Origin: Patescibacteria group bacterium
Lineage (GTDB): Bacteria > Patescibacteriota > Patescibacteriia > Patescibacteriales > UBA12465
Reading direction: 5' to 3'
Length of the DNA: 64,000 bases
Assembly (NCBI GenBank): GCA_028692765.1
Contig: JAQUWT010000001.1
Coordinates: 15,695 to 79,694, forward strand
In this document: positions 48,774-58,417 of the stretch, one piece after another
How positions within the stretch are numbered: the first letter of the stretch is position 1
Layout of the letters: each line of letters starts with the position of its first letter
Notes under the pieces: generated by a model
What the model saw: only the letters and a program-made list of their open reading frames with translations
Database searches by the model: none
Told to the model about the DNA's origin: nothing
Program-made: the position numbers and the translations under genes

Positions 48774-50279
48774 ATGGAAGATTTTTCTTTATCAAATTTA
48801 GCTTTTTCCAGACGCCGCCATGAGGTGCGGCGTTCTTGCGCGCATCCTTTACTGACTCAAGAGAGAGTATTTCGTTATTTGATTAATAAAGGGCGCCGGA
48901 CAGCTTGGGGCCGCCAGTATGGCTATAAAGACTTTAAAGATTATAAAGATTTTCAGAGCGCGGTGCCCATCAGTTCCTATGAAGATTTACGCGTTTATAT
49001 CGAGCGTCTTCTGCAGGGAGAAAATTATATCCTTTGGCCGGAAAAGATAAAATATTTTTCTAAATCTTCCGGCACTACCGGCAGTAAAAGCAAGTATATT
49101 CCGGTCAGCGCCAGCGCTCTTAACGATTGCCATTATCGCGGCGGCCGGAGTCTTTTCGCCACTTATTTCGCTCAAAATTTCGACTCCAATCTGTTGTTGG
49201 GGCAGAATTTTGCTTTAGGCGGGAGCCGCCAGTCTGATGGCATCGGCGCGAATAAATATATCGCCGACGTTTCCGCCATCTTAATGAAAAATTTGCCTTG
49301 GTGGGCGCAATTGCGGCGTAGTCCGCGTTTCAGCGTGGCCGCTATGGGCGAATGGGAAGAAAAATTAGAACGCATCGCCGAGATTATCGCCTATCAGAAT
49401 ATCGTCAGTATTTCCGGCGTTCCTTCTTGGAATTTAGTGCTGGCCAAAAAAATCTTAGAAATTACCGGTAAAAAAAACTTGCGGGAAGTCTGGCCTAATT
49501 TAGAATTATTTATCCATGGCGGCATTAGCTTCGCTCCTTATCGTTCCCAATTTGAAGCTTTAATTCCCGGAAAAATGAATTATTTGGAGGTCTATAACGC
49601 TTCCGAGGGTTTTTTCGCCTTTCAAGACGATTTGTCTCGCAGCGACATGCTTTTATTTTTAAACGGCGGCGTTTTTTACGAATTTGTGCCCTTATCGGAA
49701 TTATCGAAATCATCGCCGCGGGCCCTTACTCTGGCCGAAGTGGAATTAGATAAGCATTACGCTTTAGTGATTTCCACCAATGCCGGTCTTTGGCGCTATT
49801 TAATCGGAGACACCGTTAAGTTTACCTGCCTTAATCCTTTCCGCATTATCATATCGGGTAGAACCAAGAGCTTTATCAATGCTTGCGGCGAAGAATTGGT
49901 AGTGGAAAACGCCGAACAAGCGGTGCAAGCGGCCTGTGTTCGCTGTCAAGCTATTGTGAAGGAGTATACGGCCGCTCCTAAGTTTTCCGATAACGCCGCG
50001 GCCGCCTATCACGAATGGCTGTTTGAATTTGAGCAAGAGCCTCTTTCTTTGTCGGAATTCGCTCGGGCCTTAGATGAAGAATTAAAAAAGCGCAATTCCG
50101 ATTATGAAGCGAAGCGTTATAAGGACTTGAATTTGTCGGAGCCTGTGCTGATGAAGGCGCGTCCAGGGCTATTTTATAACTGGCTTAAAGCCAATAAACG
50201 TTTGGGCGGACAGTCAAAAATACCTCGTTTAGCTAATGACAGACAAATATTTGCTTCTTTGCTGGCTTTAAACCGATAG
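48774..50279 (+). CDS. GH3-family acyl-acid amido synthetase
   Basis: SKSSGTT.SKSKYIP, YNASEGFF, RYLIGD, NSDYEAKR, GGQSKIPRL. Confidence 0.92.
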   Translation: MEDFSLSNLAFSRRRHEVRRSCAHPLLTQERVFRYLINKGRRTAWGRQYGYKDFKDYKDFQSAVPISSYEDLRVYIERLLQGENYILWPEKIKYFSKSSGTTGSKSKYIPVSASALNDCHYRGGRSLFATYFAQNFDSNLLLGQNFALGGSRQSDGIGANKYIADVSAILMKNLPWWAQLRRSPRFSVAAMGEWEEKLERIAEIIAYQNIVSISGVPSWNLVLAKKILEITGKKNLREVWPNLELFIHGGISFAPYRSQFEALIPGKMNYLEVYNASEGFFAFQDDLSRSDMLLFLNGGVFYEFVPLSELSKSSPRALTLAEVELDKHYALVISTNAGLWRYLIGDTVKFTCLNPFRIIISGRTKSFINACGEELVVENAEQAVQAACVRCQAIVKEYTAAPKFSDNAAAAYHEWLFEFEQEPLSLSEFARALDEELKKRNSDYEAKRYKDLNLSEPVLMKARPGLFYNWLKANKRLGGQSKIPRLANDRQIFASLLALNR

Positions 50280-50285
50280 GAAAAG

Positions 50286-50311
50286 AAGAAAATAGCTGCT
50301 TAGGCGTATTA
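50286..50311 (+). promoter_or_regulatory. ECF-sigma-type promoter, copy 2 (autoregulatory)
   Basis: AAGAAAAT-N10-GCGTATTA 18 nt before the sigma ATG. Confidence 0.8.
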
Positions 50312-50329
50312 TTTATATACAATATCATC

Positions 50330-50914
50330 ATGGATAATGCCCTTAAAACTAAAGATTTGGAGGATGCAGAGCTGGTGAGGCTGAGTTTGGCCGACCCGGA
50401 CAAGTTTTCGCTTGTCATTGGTCGCTATCAAGAAAAATTGTCCCGTTATGTTCGGCGTTTAGGCGCTTCCAGCCCCGAGGATGCCGAAGATATTTTGCAG
50501 GATATTTTTTTGAAGATTTATCTCAACTTAAATGATTTTAACCCCGATTTAAAGTTTTCCTCCTGGGTTTATCGCATTGCCCATAATCAGGTAATTAGCC
50601 ATTTCCGCAAGCGCCAAGTGCGCCCTGAAGCCCATTCTTTGCCGATTGACAGCCCCGGCTTCCAGCTACTGGCCGATGATATCTCTTTGGATAAGCAATC
50701 TGATATCAATTTGCGCCAAGCAGCTATCACTGAAGCTTTAAATAAGCTGGATGCCCGCTATCGAGAAATTTTGATTTTGAAATTTTTTGAAGACAAGAGC
50801 TATCAAGAAATTTCTGATATTTTGAAAAAGCCGGCCGGTACGGTCGCATCTTTATTAAATCGCGCCAAGAAATCCTTAAAGAATTCTTTGCCAGCTAAAA
50901 TGGCAGAATTATAA
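50330..50914 (+). CDS. ECF RNA polymerase sigma factor (SigW/RpoE-like)
   Basis: DAEDILQDIF, FSSWVYRIAHN (region 2); SYQEISDIL.KPAGTVASLLNRA (region 4). Confidence 0.95.
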   Translation: MDNALKTKDLEDAELVRLSLADPDKFSLVIGRYQEKLSRYVRRLGASSPEDAEDILQDIFLKIYLNLNDFNPDLKFSSWVYRIAHNQVISHFRKRQVRPEAHSLPIDSPGFQLLADDISLDKQSDINLRQAAITEALNKLDARYREILILKFFEDKSYQEISDILKKPAGTVASLLNRAKKSLKNSLPAKMAEL

Positions 50915-50918
50915 ATAT

Positions 50919-51884
50919 ATGTCCGATAATTTAGAACAAAAAATAATAGAGAAAATTAAGCACGAAAGCTTGGCGCCGACGCCGCGCTGGCATTTTTTGC
51001 TCAAAGAATGGCTGGTCTGGCTGGTGGGCGTTTTATCTCTGTTGGTGGGCGCGGCTGCTGTTTCTGTCATGATTTATCTGTCAAAGAATAATGACTTATT
51101 CATTTACGACCAAGTCGGCCGGAGTTTTAGCGGCTGGCTCCTGCTTTCTCTGCCTTATTTCTGGATTGTTTTTTTAACCCTGTTCGTTTGGATTCTTTTT
51201 TATAATATCAAGCACACCAAGCGCGGTTATCGCTATCCTCTATTTTTAATCGCTTTGTTTTCTGTTTTTGCCAGCGTATTGTTGGGCGGCGCCTTTTCTT
51301 TGTTTGGTTTGGGGGAAAAAATAGATGATGTGCTGGGCCGGCAGGCGCCGTTTTATGATATTATCTTTAACCCCCATGTCGATATCTGGTCGCGGCCGGA
51401 GGAAGGCCGTTTATCCGGTTTGGTAATTTCTAATTCCAGTGAAAACACTTTTGTCCTTGTCGATAGGGAAAGGGAAGAGTGGCAGGTTGCTTATTCCGGA
51501 AAAGAAGGTAGCGGCGGCAATAATGCCGTAATTGTCGGGCAGCCCGTAAGAGCAATCGGCAAGGTTACTGGAGAAGGTTTGTTTTCTGCTCAGAAAATTA
51601 TGGCGATGCAGCCAGGAAGAGAATTTTTCCGACGGCTCAAGCCGGAAGGGGCGCCACCGCTGAATTTCGGTCCAGGCAAGGATGCTCCGGCCTGTTTAGC
51701 CGATAGAGGGAAATTGTTAGATTGGCTGCGGCAGTATCCTGAATTAAAGCAAGCCTTAGAGCAAGGATTGCTTGATAATCAAGATTTGATTAGAGAAATT
51801 AGCGCCGATAATCCCGATTTTCTGCCGATGCTTCAATCTTTAAATGTTTCTCCCGAAACTATTCAAATAATCTTTAGCCGATAA
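50919..51884 (+). CDS. Three-TM membrane protein, candidate anti-sigma factor
   Basis: Directly follows ECF sigma; three hydrophobic segments plus soluble OB-like C-terminal region. Confidence 0.65.
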   Translation: MSDNLEQKIIEKIKHESLAPTPRWHFLLKEWLVWLVGVLSLLVGAAAVSVMIYLSKNNDLFIYDQVGRSFSGWLLLSLPYFWIVFLTLFVWILFYNIKHTKRGYRYPLFLIALFSVFASVLLGGAFSLFGLGEKIDDVLGRQAPFYDIIFNPHVDIWSRPEEGRLSGLVISNSSENTFVLVDREREEWQVAYSGKEGSGGNNAVIVGQPVRAIGKVTGEGLFSAQKIMAMQPGREFFRRLKPEGAPPLNFGPGKDAPACLADRGKLLDWLRQYPELKQALEQGLLDNQDLIREISADNPDFLPMLQSLNVSPETIQIIFSR

Positions 51885-51896
51885 TAGAGAATTATC

Positions 51897-51928
51897 AAAA
51901 AACTCGAATCTGTTGATTCGGGTTTTTT
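51897..51928 (+). terminator. Terminator of sigma/anti-sigma operon
   Basis: aaaaaactcgaatc-tgtt-gattcgggtttttt. Confidence 0.7.
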
Positions 51929-51933
51929 AATGG

Positions 51934-51959
51934 AAGAAAATTTCCGGTTTTGCGTATTA
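51934..51959 (+). promoter_or_regulatory. ECF-sigma-type promoter, copy 3
   Basis: AAGAAAAT-N10-GCGTATTA upstream of 51988. Confidence 0.8.
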
Positions 51960-51987
51960 TTAATTAAAGAAAGCTAATTTTTATTTT

Positions 51988-54087
51988 ATGGTCAACAACT
52001 CTCCGTCCGCCCCTGGTTTAGCTAAAGCTAAAAAAACTCGTTGGCGGCGAATTTTGCGTTCAAAATGGTTTTACGCCTTACTGCTGGTTTTAGCGGTGGG
52101 CTCTTTCTATTATTACCGCCAAGCCCAAGGCCTCGGTTCCGAGACGCGCTATGTGCTAAGCGCTGTAGCTACCAGTACGGTGATTAACACAATCTCCGGC
52201 ACCGGTGAAGTATCGGCTACCAATCAAATTAGTATTATACCCGGAGCTTCAGGCGATATTTTAGAATTAAACATTAGCGCCGGACAAAAAGTGCAAGCCG
52301 GAGAGGTCATCGCTCGTCTGGATGATTCCGATGCCCAATCACAAGTGCGCCAAGCAAAAAATTCCTTATCATCCGCTCAAGCTAACTTAGCGGTGAAGCT
52401 GGCCGGTCCCAGTGAGCAGGAATTGGCAGTGTCGCAAAAATCCGTAGATTCCGCCAAAATGTCTTATGATATTTCTTTGAAGAATCTGGAATACGTCAAA
52501 CAGTCTAATGAAGATAGTCTTTCTAAAGCCCAATTGGCTCTTGATAATGCGCAAAGAGCTTATGACAATGCCGTCGCTTCCTCCGGCCTATCTTCGAGTT
52601 CCGATACTAACAGCTTGGATAAGGCCTATAGCGACGCTAAAGGCGCTTTGGCTTCCGCTCAAGTATCTTTACGCTCAGCTTTAGTTTCGGCTGATAATAT
52701 TTTAGAAAAAAATAATTATAATACTGCCAGCCATAATTACAAGCCGTATTTGGGAGTGCGCAATTCCCAGTCTATCAATAATGCGGATAGCGCTTATGAA
52801 GCCGCTCGCCGTAGTTTTATCGATTTATCTGAAGATTATGCCGCGGCTTCTACTGCCTGGACTAATGACAGCATCAAATCTTTATTATCGGAGACAAAAG
52901 AGACTGCCGGCTTGATGCAGTCTTTATCAACCGCTGTTTCCAACATGCTGATTAATTCAATTACCGCCGCTGACTTCAGCCAATCTACTCTCGATTCTTA
53001 TAAACAGTCGGCTTCTTCCCAGGAATCATCCATGATTTCCTTGTCTAATTCTTTGCAGTCTTCTATCCAATCTTTAGCCAATGCCGAACTTAATTCTTCT
53101 TCTTCCGATTTATCTTCGAACAATAGCGTAGCCAATGCCAAGTCTTCTTTGACTTCGGCTCAAAATACTTTGAAACAGACCATTTTAGATAATCAAAAAA
53201 GCCTTGATTCCGCCAATAACGATGTTGCCGCCAAAAGGAATTCCTACGAGAGCGCCCAAGCGCAGTTAGATTTGAAAACGGCCAAGCCGCGCGAGGTGGA
53301 ATTAACTTCTTATTATCTGCAAATTTCTACCGCTGAGGTCAACTATCAGGAGGCTCTGGATAATTTGGCGGAGACCGAGGTTAAAGCGCCGATTGACGGC
53401 ATCATCGCCCGAGTAAATAAGAAGGTCGGTGACAGTATCCGGGACAGCGATGCCGGCGATCCTTTGGCTACGATTATTACAGAGGAGAAGATGGCGGTGA
53501 TTGCTTTAAATGAGGTCGATGTCGCCCAAGTAGCTAAGGGACAGAAGGCGATTCTGACATTCAGCGCTCTGGAGGATTTGGATATGACCGGGACGGTGGT
53601 AGAAATAAATGACATCGGTACCGTCAGCCAGGGAGTAGTGAGTTATGAAGTGAAGATTGTGCTTGATTCCCAAGACGAGAGAATCAAGCCGCAAATGACC
53701 GTTTCTGCCGATATCATCGTTGATAAGAGCGTTGATGTTTTGACCGTGCCTAATGCGGCGGTAAAATCTGATGATAACGGCGATTATTATGTGGATGTTC
53801 TGGAATTTTCCGGCACGCCCGATTCGTCCGGAGTGTCTTCCTCTAAAGAACCGGCGGCGGTTTATGTAATTACTGGATTATCGGACGATACCAACACGGA
53901 AATCAAGAGCGGCTTGGAACCGGGTCAGTATGTTGTGCTTAGGACTGTCATCGCCAGCGTCTCCTCCTCAAGTTCGGCTGATAATAAGACGAGCGCGGCC
54001 AGTCTCTTGGGCGGCTCCAGCTCTAATCGCGCTCTGCGTTCTTCTGGGGTTACTAGTATGCCAGCCGGGGGCCCTCCGGGAATGTAA
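51988..54087 (+). CDS. MacA/HlyD-like adaptor with very long Ser-rich coiled coil
   Basis: N-terminal TM, lipoyl halves, APIDGII, NEVDV, VPNAAV. Confidence 0.9.
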   Translation: MVNNSPSAPGLAKAKKTRWRRILRSKWFYALLLVLAVGSFYYYRQAQGLGSETRYVLSAVATSTVINTISGTGEVSATNQISIIPGASGDILELNISAGQKVQAGEVIARLDDSDAQSQVRQAKNSLSSAQANLAVKLAGPSEQELAVSQKSVDSAKMSYDISLKNLEYVKQSNEDSLSKAQLALDNAQRAYDNAVASSGLSSSSDTNSLDKAYSDAKGALASAQVSLRSALVSADNILEKNNYNTASHNYKPYLGVRNSQSINNADSAYEAARRSFIDLSEDYAAASTAWTNDSIKSLLSETKETAGLMQSLSTAVSNMLINSITAADFSQSTLDSYKQSASSQESSMISLSNSLQSSIQSLANAELNSSSSDLSSNNSVANAKSSLTSAQNTLKQTILDNQKSLDSANNDVAAKRNSYESAQAQLDLKTAKPREVELTSYYLQISTAEVNYQEALDNLAETEVKAPIDGIIARVNKKVGDSIRDSDAGDPLATIITEEKMAVIALNEVDVAQVAKGQKAILTFSALEDLDMTGTVVEINDIGTVSQGVVSYEVKIVLDSQDERIKPQMTVSADIIVDKSVDVLTVPNAAVKSDDNGDYYVDVLEFSGTPDSSGVSSSKEPAAVYVITGLSDDTNTEIKSGLEPGQYVVLRTVIASVSSSSSADNKTSAASLLGGSSSNRALRSSGVTSMPAGGPPGM

Positions 54088-54090
54088 TAT

Positions 54091-54795
54091 ATGCATAAAA
54101 AAAATCAATCGGCCGATGAAGTGATATCGTGCCGTAACATAAATAAAATTTACCAGACAGGTGATGTCGTTACCCAGGTTCTTTTTGATGTTTCTTTTTC
54201 CATCAAGAAAGGGGAGTTCGTCGCTATTACCGGTCCGTCCGGTTCCGGTAAATCTACCATCATGCACATTATCGGAGCGCTTGATTCTCCTTCTTCCGGT
54301 TCCTATTCTTTAGACGGACAGGATGTTTCCCAATTATCCGATGATGAATTGGCCGATATCAGAAAGAATAAGATTGGCTTTGTTTTTCAGTCTTTTAACC
54401 TTTTAAAAAGGACAAGCGTCTTAAGGAATGTAATTTTGCCTCTAGTCTATGCTGAAGTTCCGGCAGGAGAGCGCCATCAGCTGGCCGCTAAGGCTTTGCG
54501 TGCCGCCGGCTTGGACGAGGATCGCTGGCAGCATCTTTCCAACCAGCTTTCCGGCGGACAAATGCAGAGAGTGGCGATTGCCCGCGCTCTAGTCAATAAT
54601 CCCGCTATTATTTTGGCGGATGAGCCGACCGGCAATCTTGATACTAAGACCGGAGAAATAGTTTTAGAAACTTTTCGGCGCTTGAATAAGGAAGAGGGGC
54701 ACACTATCGTTTTAATCACCCATGAAGCCGATGTTGCCGCCCATGCCGATCGGATAATCTATATTAAAGACGGTCGTCTGGCCGATAATCTCTAG
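54091..54795 (+). CDS. MacB/LolD-type ABC ATPase
   Basis: GPSGSGKST, LSGGQMQR, ADEPTGNLD. Confidence 0.95.
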   Translation: MHKKNQSADEVISCRNINKIYQTGDVVTQVLFDVSFSIKKGEFVAITGPSGSGKSTIMHIIGALDSPSSGSYSLDGQDVSQLSDDELADIRKNKIGFVFQSFNLLKRTSVLRNVILPLVYAEVPAGERHQLAAKALRAAGLDEDRWQHLSNQLSGGQMQRVAIARALVNNPAIILADEPTGNLDTKTGEIVLETFRRLNKEEGHTIVLITHEADVAAHADRIIYIKDGRLADNL

Positions 54796-54800
54796 AGTTT

Positions 54801-56015
54801 ATGATGATAAAAGACCTGTATCAAGAAACTATTTCCGCCGTTACCGCCAATAAGGCGCGTTCCGGCTTGACGATTTTAGGCATCGTTATCGGTATCGCCT
54901 CGGTTATCGCTTTGATTGCGGTCGGACAAGGTACGCAGGATTCAATTAAAAGCAGCATCCAATCAATCGGTTCTAATTTAATCATGATTATGCCCGGCGC
55001 TCAGCGTTCCGGCGGCGTCAGCAGCGGGATGGGCAGCGCCCAATCTTTAACTCTGGATGATGTCACGGCCATCGGTAAGGAAATAAGCGGTATTAAGGCT
55101 GTAGCTCCGGAAATATCCAAGCGCTATCAAGTGGTATATGGCAGCAGCAATACTAATACTTCCGTGGTCGGCACCGATGTTTCTTATCAGCAGATTCGCA
55201 GTCTGGAAATTGAAGCTGGCGTATTTTTAAGCGCGGAAGATATTAATGCTTCCAGAAAAGTGGCGGTCATTGGTCCGACTGTCCGTGACGATCTTTTCGG
55301 TGAAGACGCTGATCCGATAGGGAAGACGATTAAAGTCAATAATATTAATTTCAAGGTTGTAGGCATGACAAAATCAAAGGGTGGCACGGGCACCAGCACC
55401 CAGGATGACCAGATTACCGTTCCTTATACGGTAGCGCAGAAATATTTTACCAACAATAAATATGTCAGCACCATCAGTGTTTCTGCGGAAAGCGAAGATG
55501 ATTTATCTTTAGTGCAAGAGCAAATCACCGCTTTGTTGCTTGATCGCCATGGCAAGACAGAGGATGAGGCAGATTTTAGGATAATGAACCAGGCGGATAT
55601 TGTTTCCGCCGCTTCGTCTATCGCCGGCACCCTGACGATGCTACTGGCGGCGATTGCCGGTATTTCTTTAATCGTCGGCGGTATCGGCATCATGAATATG
55701 ATGCTGACTAATGTCACCGAAAGGACTAGAGAGATAGGCTTAAGAAAAGCGATTGGCGCTAAGAAAAACGATATCAGTAATCAATTTTTAGCAGAATCAA
55801 TCACTTTAACTTTTTTGGGAGGCTTAATCGGTATCGCTTTGGGCTGGGCGATTGCGTGGGGAATATCGCAATTCGCTTCTTTAAGCACCAATGTTTCTTG
55901 GTCTTCAATTTTTTTGGCTTTCGGAGTTTCGGCGGCGATAGGCATCATTTTTGGTTACTACCCGGCGCGTCGGGCCGCCAAGCTTAATCCTATCGACGCT
56001 TTGCGTTATGAATAA
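54801..56015 (+). CDS. MacB/FtsX-type ABC permease
   Basis: RSGLTILGIVIG, GGIGIMNMML.NVTERTREIG, PIDALRYE. Confidence 0.95.
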   Translation: MMIKDLYQETISAVTANKARSGLTILGIVIGIASVIALIAVGQGTQDSIKSSIQSIGSNLIMIMPGAQRSGGVSSGMGSAQSLTLDDVTAIGKEISGIKAVAPEISKRYQVVYGSSNTNTSVVGTDVSYQQIRSLEIEAGVFLSAEDINASRKVAVIGPTVRDDLFGEDADPIGKTIKVNNINFKVVGMTKSKGGTGTSTQDDQITVPYTVAQKYFTNNKYVSTISVSAESEDDLSLVQEQITALLLDRHGKTEDEADFRIMNQADIVSAASSIAGTLTMLLAAIAGISLIVGGIGIMNMMLTNVTERTREIGLRKAIGAKKNDISNQFLAESITLTFLGGLIGIALGWAIAWGISQFASLSTNVSWSSIFLAFGVSAAIGIIFGYYPARRAAKLNPIDALRYE

Positions 56016-56041
56016 TTTAATAAGATAAAAATAATAAATTT

Positions 56042-56551
56042 ATGTTAAACAAAAAACAATTACCTTTTGCCATTGCCGCCGGCGTTATCTTGCTGGCCCT
56101 CTCTTTCTATCTCGGACGTTTGTCGGTATCTAAAAACAGCTCGGTGAAGAATTTTAATCCTTCTTCTTTCGCGGCTGGTCAGGGCCGGATGGATGGAACC
56201 GGGTCCGGCGCCAGAATGCAGGCCGGCGCGCAACAGCGCAATAATATGGCTAGCGGTGAAATTACCAGTAAAGATGAGCAGAGCCTGACACTTAAATTGG
56301 CCGACGGTGGCTCAAAAATAGTTTATTTTTCCGACAAGACCAGTATTGGCCAGACTACTCTCGCCGAGAGCGGCGATTTAGCCATAGGCCAGGATGTTAT
56401 CATTAACGGCACCGCTAATAATGACGGCAGCCTGATTGCCCAAATGATTCAGATTAGAAATGATGAGCTTAATGGGGCTGGACCGGCCGGATTTATGCCC
56501 GGGGAAGATGGCGCTAATCTTAACGGGCAAGCTCCGGTTAAGGCTGAATAA
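56042..56551 (+). CDS. Membrane-anchored OB-fold (DUF5666-like) protein
   Basis: GEI.SKDEQSLTL...DL.IGQDV.I.G..N.DGSL.AQ.IQI. Confidence 0.7.
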   Translation: MLNKKQLPFAIAAGVILLALSFYLGRLSVSKNSSVKNFNPSSFAAGQGRMDGTGSGARMQAGAQQRNNMASGEITSKDEQSLTLKLADGGSKIVYFSDKTSIGQTTLAESGDLAIGQDVIINGTANNDGSLIAQMIQIRNDELNGAGPAGFMPGEDGANLNGQAPVKAE

Positions 56552-56654
56552 TAAAAAAGATAGAGCAATTAAAGCGACCGGCGGCCTCATGGCTCGGCGG
56601 TCGCTTTTGTTTTTATTTATGTTATAATATAAAAAATAAGATTAACTCATTTTT

Positions 56655-57134
56655 ATGAAGAAAAGAGACTATTATCTGCTGTTTTTCAGCTTAATTCTCA
56701 GCTTAGGCGCGGGTGCGGCCGGCTCTATTTTCACTTCCGCCAATATCTTGAGTTGGTATGATTTTTTAAATAAACCGTTTTTCAGCCCGCCTAATTGGCT
56801 GTTCGCTCCGGTTTGGACAATATTATATATTCTTATGGGCTTAGCCTTATTTTTAGTTTGGCGGCAGGGCTGGCATAGGGATGAAGTTAAGAGGGGGTTA
56901 AAGCTTTTTCTGATTCAGCTTGGTTTTAACGTGATTTGGTCTTATTTCTTTTTCGGTCTGCATGAGCCGCGCTTGGCTTTCTTGGAAATCATCGCTTTAT
57001 GGCTGGCTATTGCCGCTACCATTATTTCTTTCTACCGAGTTGATAAAAGAGCGGCCTGGCTTTTACTGCCTTATCTATTGTGGGTATCGTTCGCCGCTTT
57101 CTTAAATTATGCCTTTTGGCAGCTTAATCCTTGA
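56655..57134 (+). CDS. tspO: TspO/MBR tryptophan-rich sensory protein
   Basis: WY..LNKP.FSPPNWLFAPVW, LLPYLLWVSFA. Confidence 0.95.
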   Translation: MKKRDYYLLFFSLILSLGAGAAGSIFTSANILSWYDFLNKPFFSPPNWLFAPVWTILYILMGLALFLVWRQGWHRDEVKRGLKLFLIQLGFNVIWSYFFFGLHEPRLAFLEIIALWLAIAATIISFYRVDKRAAWLLLPYLLWVSFAAFLNYAFWQLNP

Positions 57135-57136
57135 TT

Positions 57137-57997
57137 ATGGAAGATTTGATGTTCGTCCGGCGCGATAACTTCGAGCGCCAGAAACAGCGCTTGTTTAAAG
57201 GAGGGGCGGATAGGCTCAAGGTTCTGGCTGATTTTGACCGGACTTTAACCGCTAATTTTATTAAAGGACGCAAGGCTCCTTCTTTGGTGGCGGCTTTGCG
57301 AGACGGCCATTATCTGTCTCCTGACTATGCCGCCAAAGCCCAAGCTTTGTATGATTATTATCAGCCCTTTGAAGATGATGCCAGCCTTTCTCCGGAAAGT
57401 AAAAGCAGCTTGATGCTGGAATGGTGGCGTCTTCATTTTGAACTTTTAATCACTTCGGGTTTGCGCCAAGAAGATATTGCGGCGGCGATTGATAATCAGC
57501 TGGCTAATCTGCGGGCGGGTGTTTCGGAATTTTTATCTTTATTATCCCTTCGCGGCATCCCCGTAATAATATTTTCCGCCTCCGGTTTGGGGCGTTCCGG
57601 ATTAAAGTATTTTCTGACTAGGCGCGGCCTGTGGTCCGATAATATTATTTTGGCGGCTAATGATTTTATCTGGGGAGAAAAGGGCACCGCGGTCGGGATT
57701 TGCGAGCCCATCATTCACAGTTTTAACAAGAATCAGAGCGTCTTGCCTTCTTTTATCAACAGTCTGGATAATTTAAAAAGTCGCGATAATATTCTCCTTC
57801 TGGGAGACAGCTTGGGCGATGCCGCTATGGCTGACGGCATGTCGGCTGCCGCGGTTTTAAAAATCGGTTTTTTAAATGATAAGATTAGTGAAAATATTTC
57901 CGCTTATCGCCAGTGTTATGATGCTTTGATTCTTAATGACGGAGATTTTTCCCTACCTTTGGAAATTTTACGCAACTTACTTGCTTATGCCGATTGA
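57137..57997 (+). CDS. Pyrimidine 5'-nucleotidase-like HAD (NT5C3/UMPH-1 family)
   Basis: DFDRTLT, MLEWW, IHSFNK, LLGDSLGD..M, KIGFLN. Confidence 0.88.
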   Translation: MEDLMFVRRDNFERQKQRLFKGGADRLKVLADFDRTLTANFIKGRKAPSLVAALRDGHYLSPDYAAKAQALYDYYQPFEDDASLSPESKSSLMLEWWRLHFELLITSGLRQEDIAAAIDNQLANLRAGVSEFLSLLSLRGIPVIIFSASGLGRSGLKYFLTRRGLWSDNIILAANDFIWGEKGTAVGICEPIIHSFNKNQSVLPSFINSLDNLKSRDNILLLGDSLGDAAMADGMSAAAVLKIGFLNDKISENISAYRQCYDALILNDGDFSLPLEILRNLLAYAD

Positions 57998-58412
57998 TAA
58001 TAAACATATCCGCCCTCTGGCTTTGGCCCTGATTGAACACCAAGGGAAATTTTTGGCATGCGCCGGTACGGATTTAGTCAAGAAAAGAAAACATTATCGA
58101 CTTATCGGCGGCGGTATCGATTTCGGCGAAAGCGCGTCCGCCGCCTTGCGTCGGGAAATACGCGAGGAACTGGGTCTGGCTATTTTAAAGCCGGACTTAC
58201 TGGCGGTTATAGAAAATATTTTTACTTTCAACGGCCTGCCCGGGCATGAAATTATTTTTTTATATCGGGTTAAATTTAAATCCAAGAAAGCCTATCGGCG
58301 CGAATTTTTTCCCATTCTTGATTCCAAGCGCGGGCATCAGGCGGTCTGGGTTGGCCCTGAATCATTGGGCGGGAAAAAAATATATCCGCCGGAAGTTTTA
58401 AATTATATTTAG
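57987..58412 (+). CDS. NUDIX hydrolase
   Basis: GGGIDFGESASAALRREIREELG Nudix box. Confidence 0.92.
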   Translation: MPIDNKHIRPLALALIEHQGKFLACAGTDLVKKRKHYRLIGGGIDFGESASAALRREIREELGLAILKPDLLAVIENIFTFNGLPGHEIIFLYRVKFKSKKAYRREFFPILDSKRGHQAVWVGPESLGGKKIYPPEVLNYI

Positions 58413-58417
58413 CGCTT

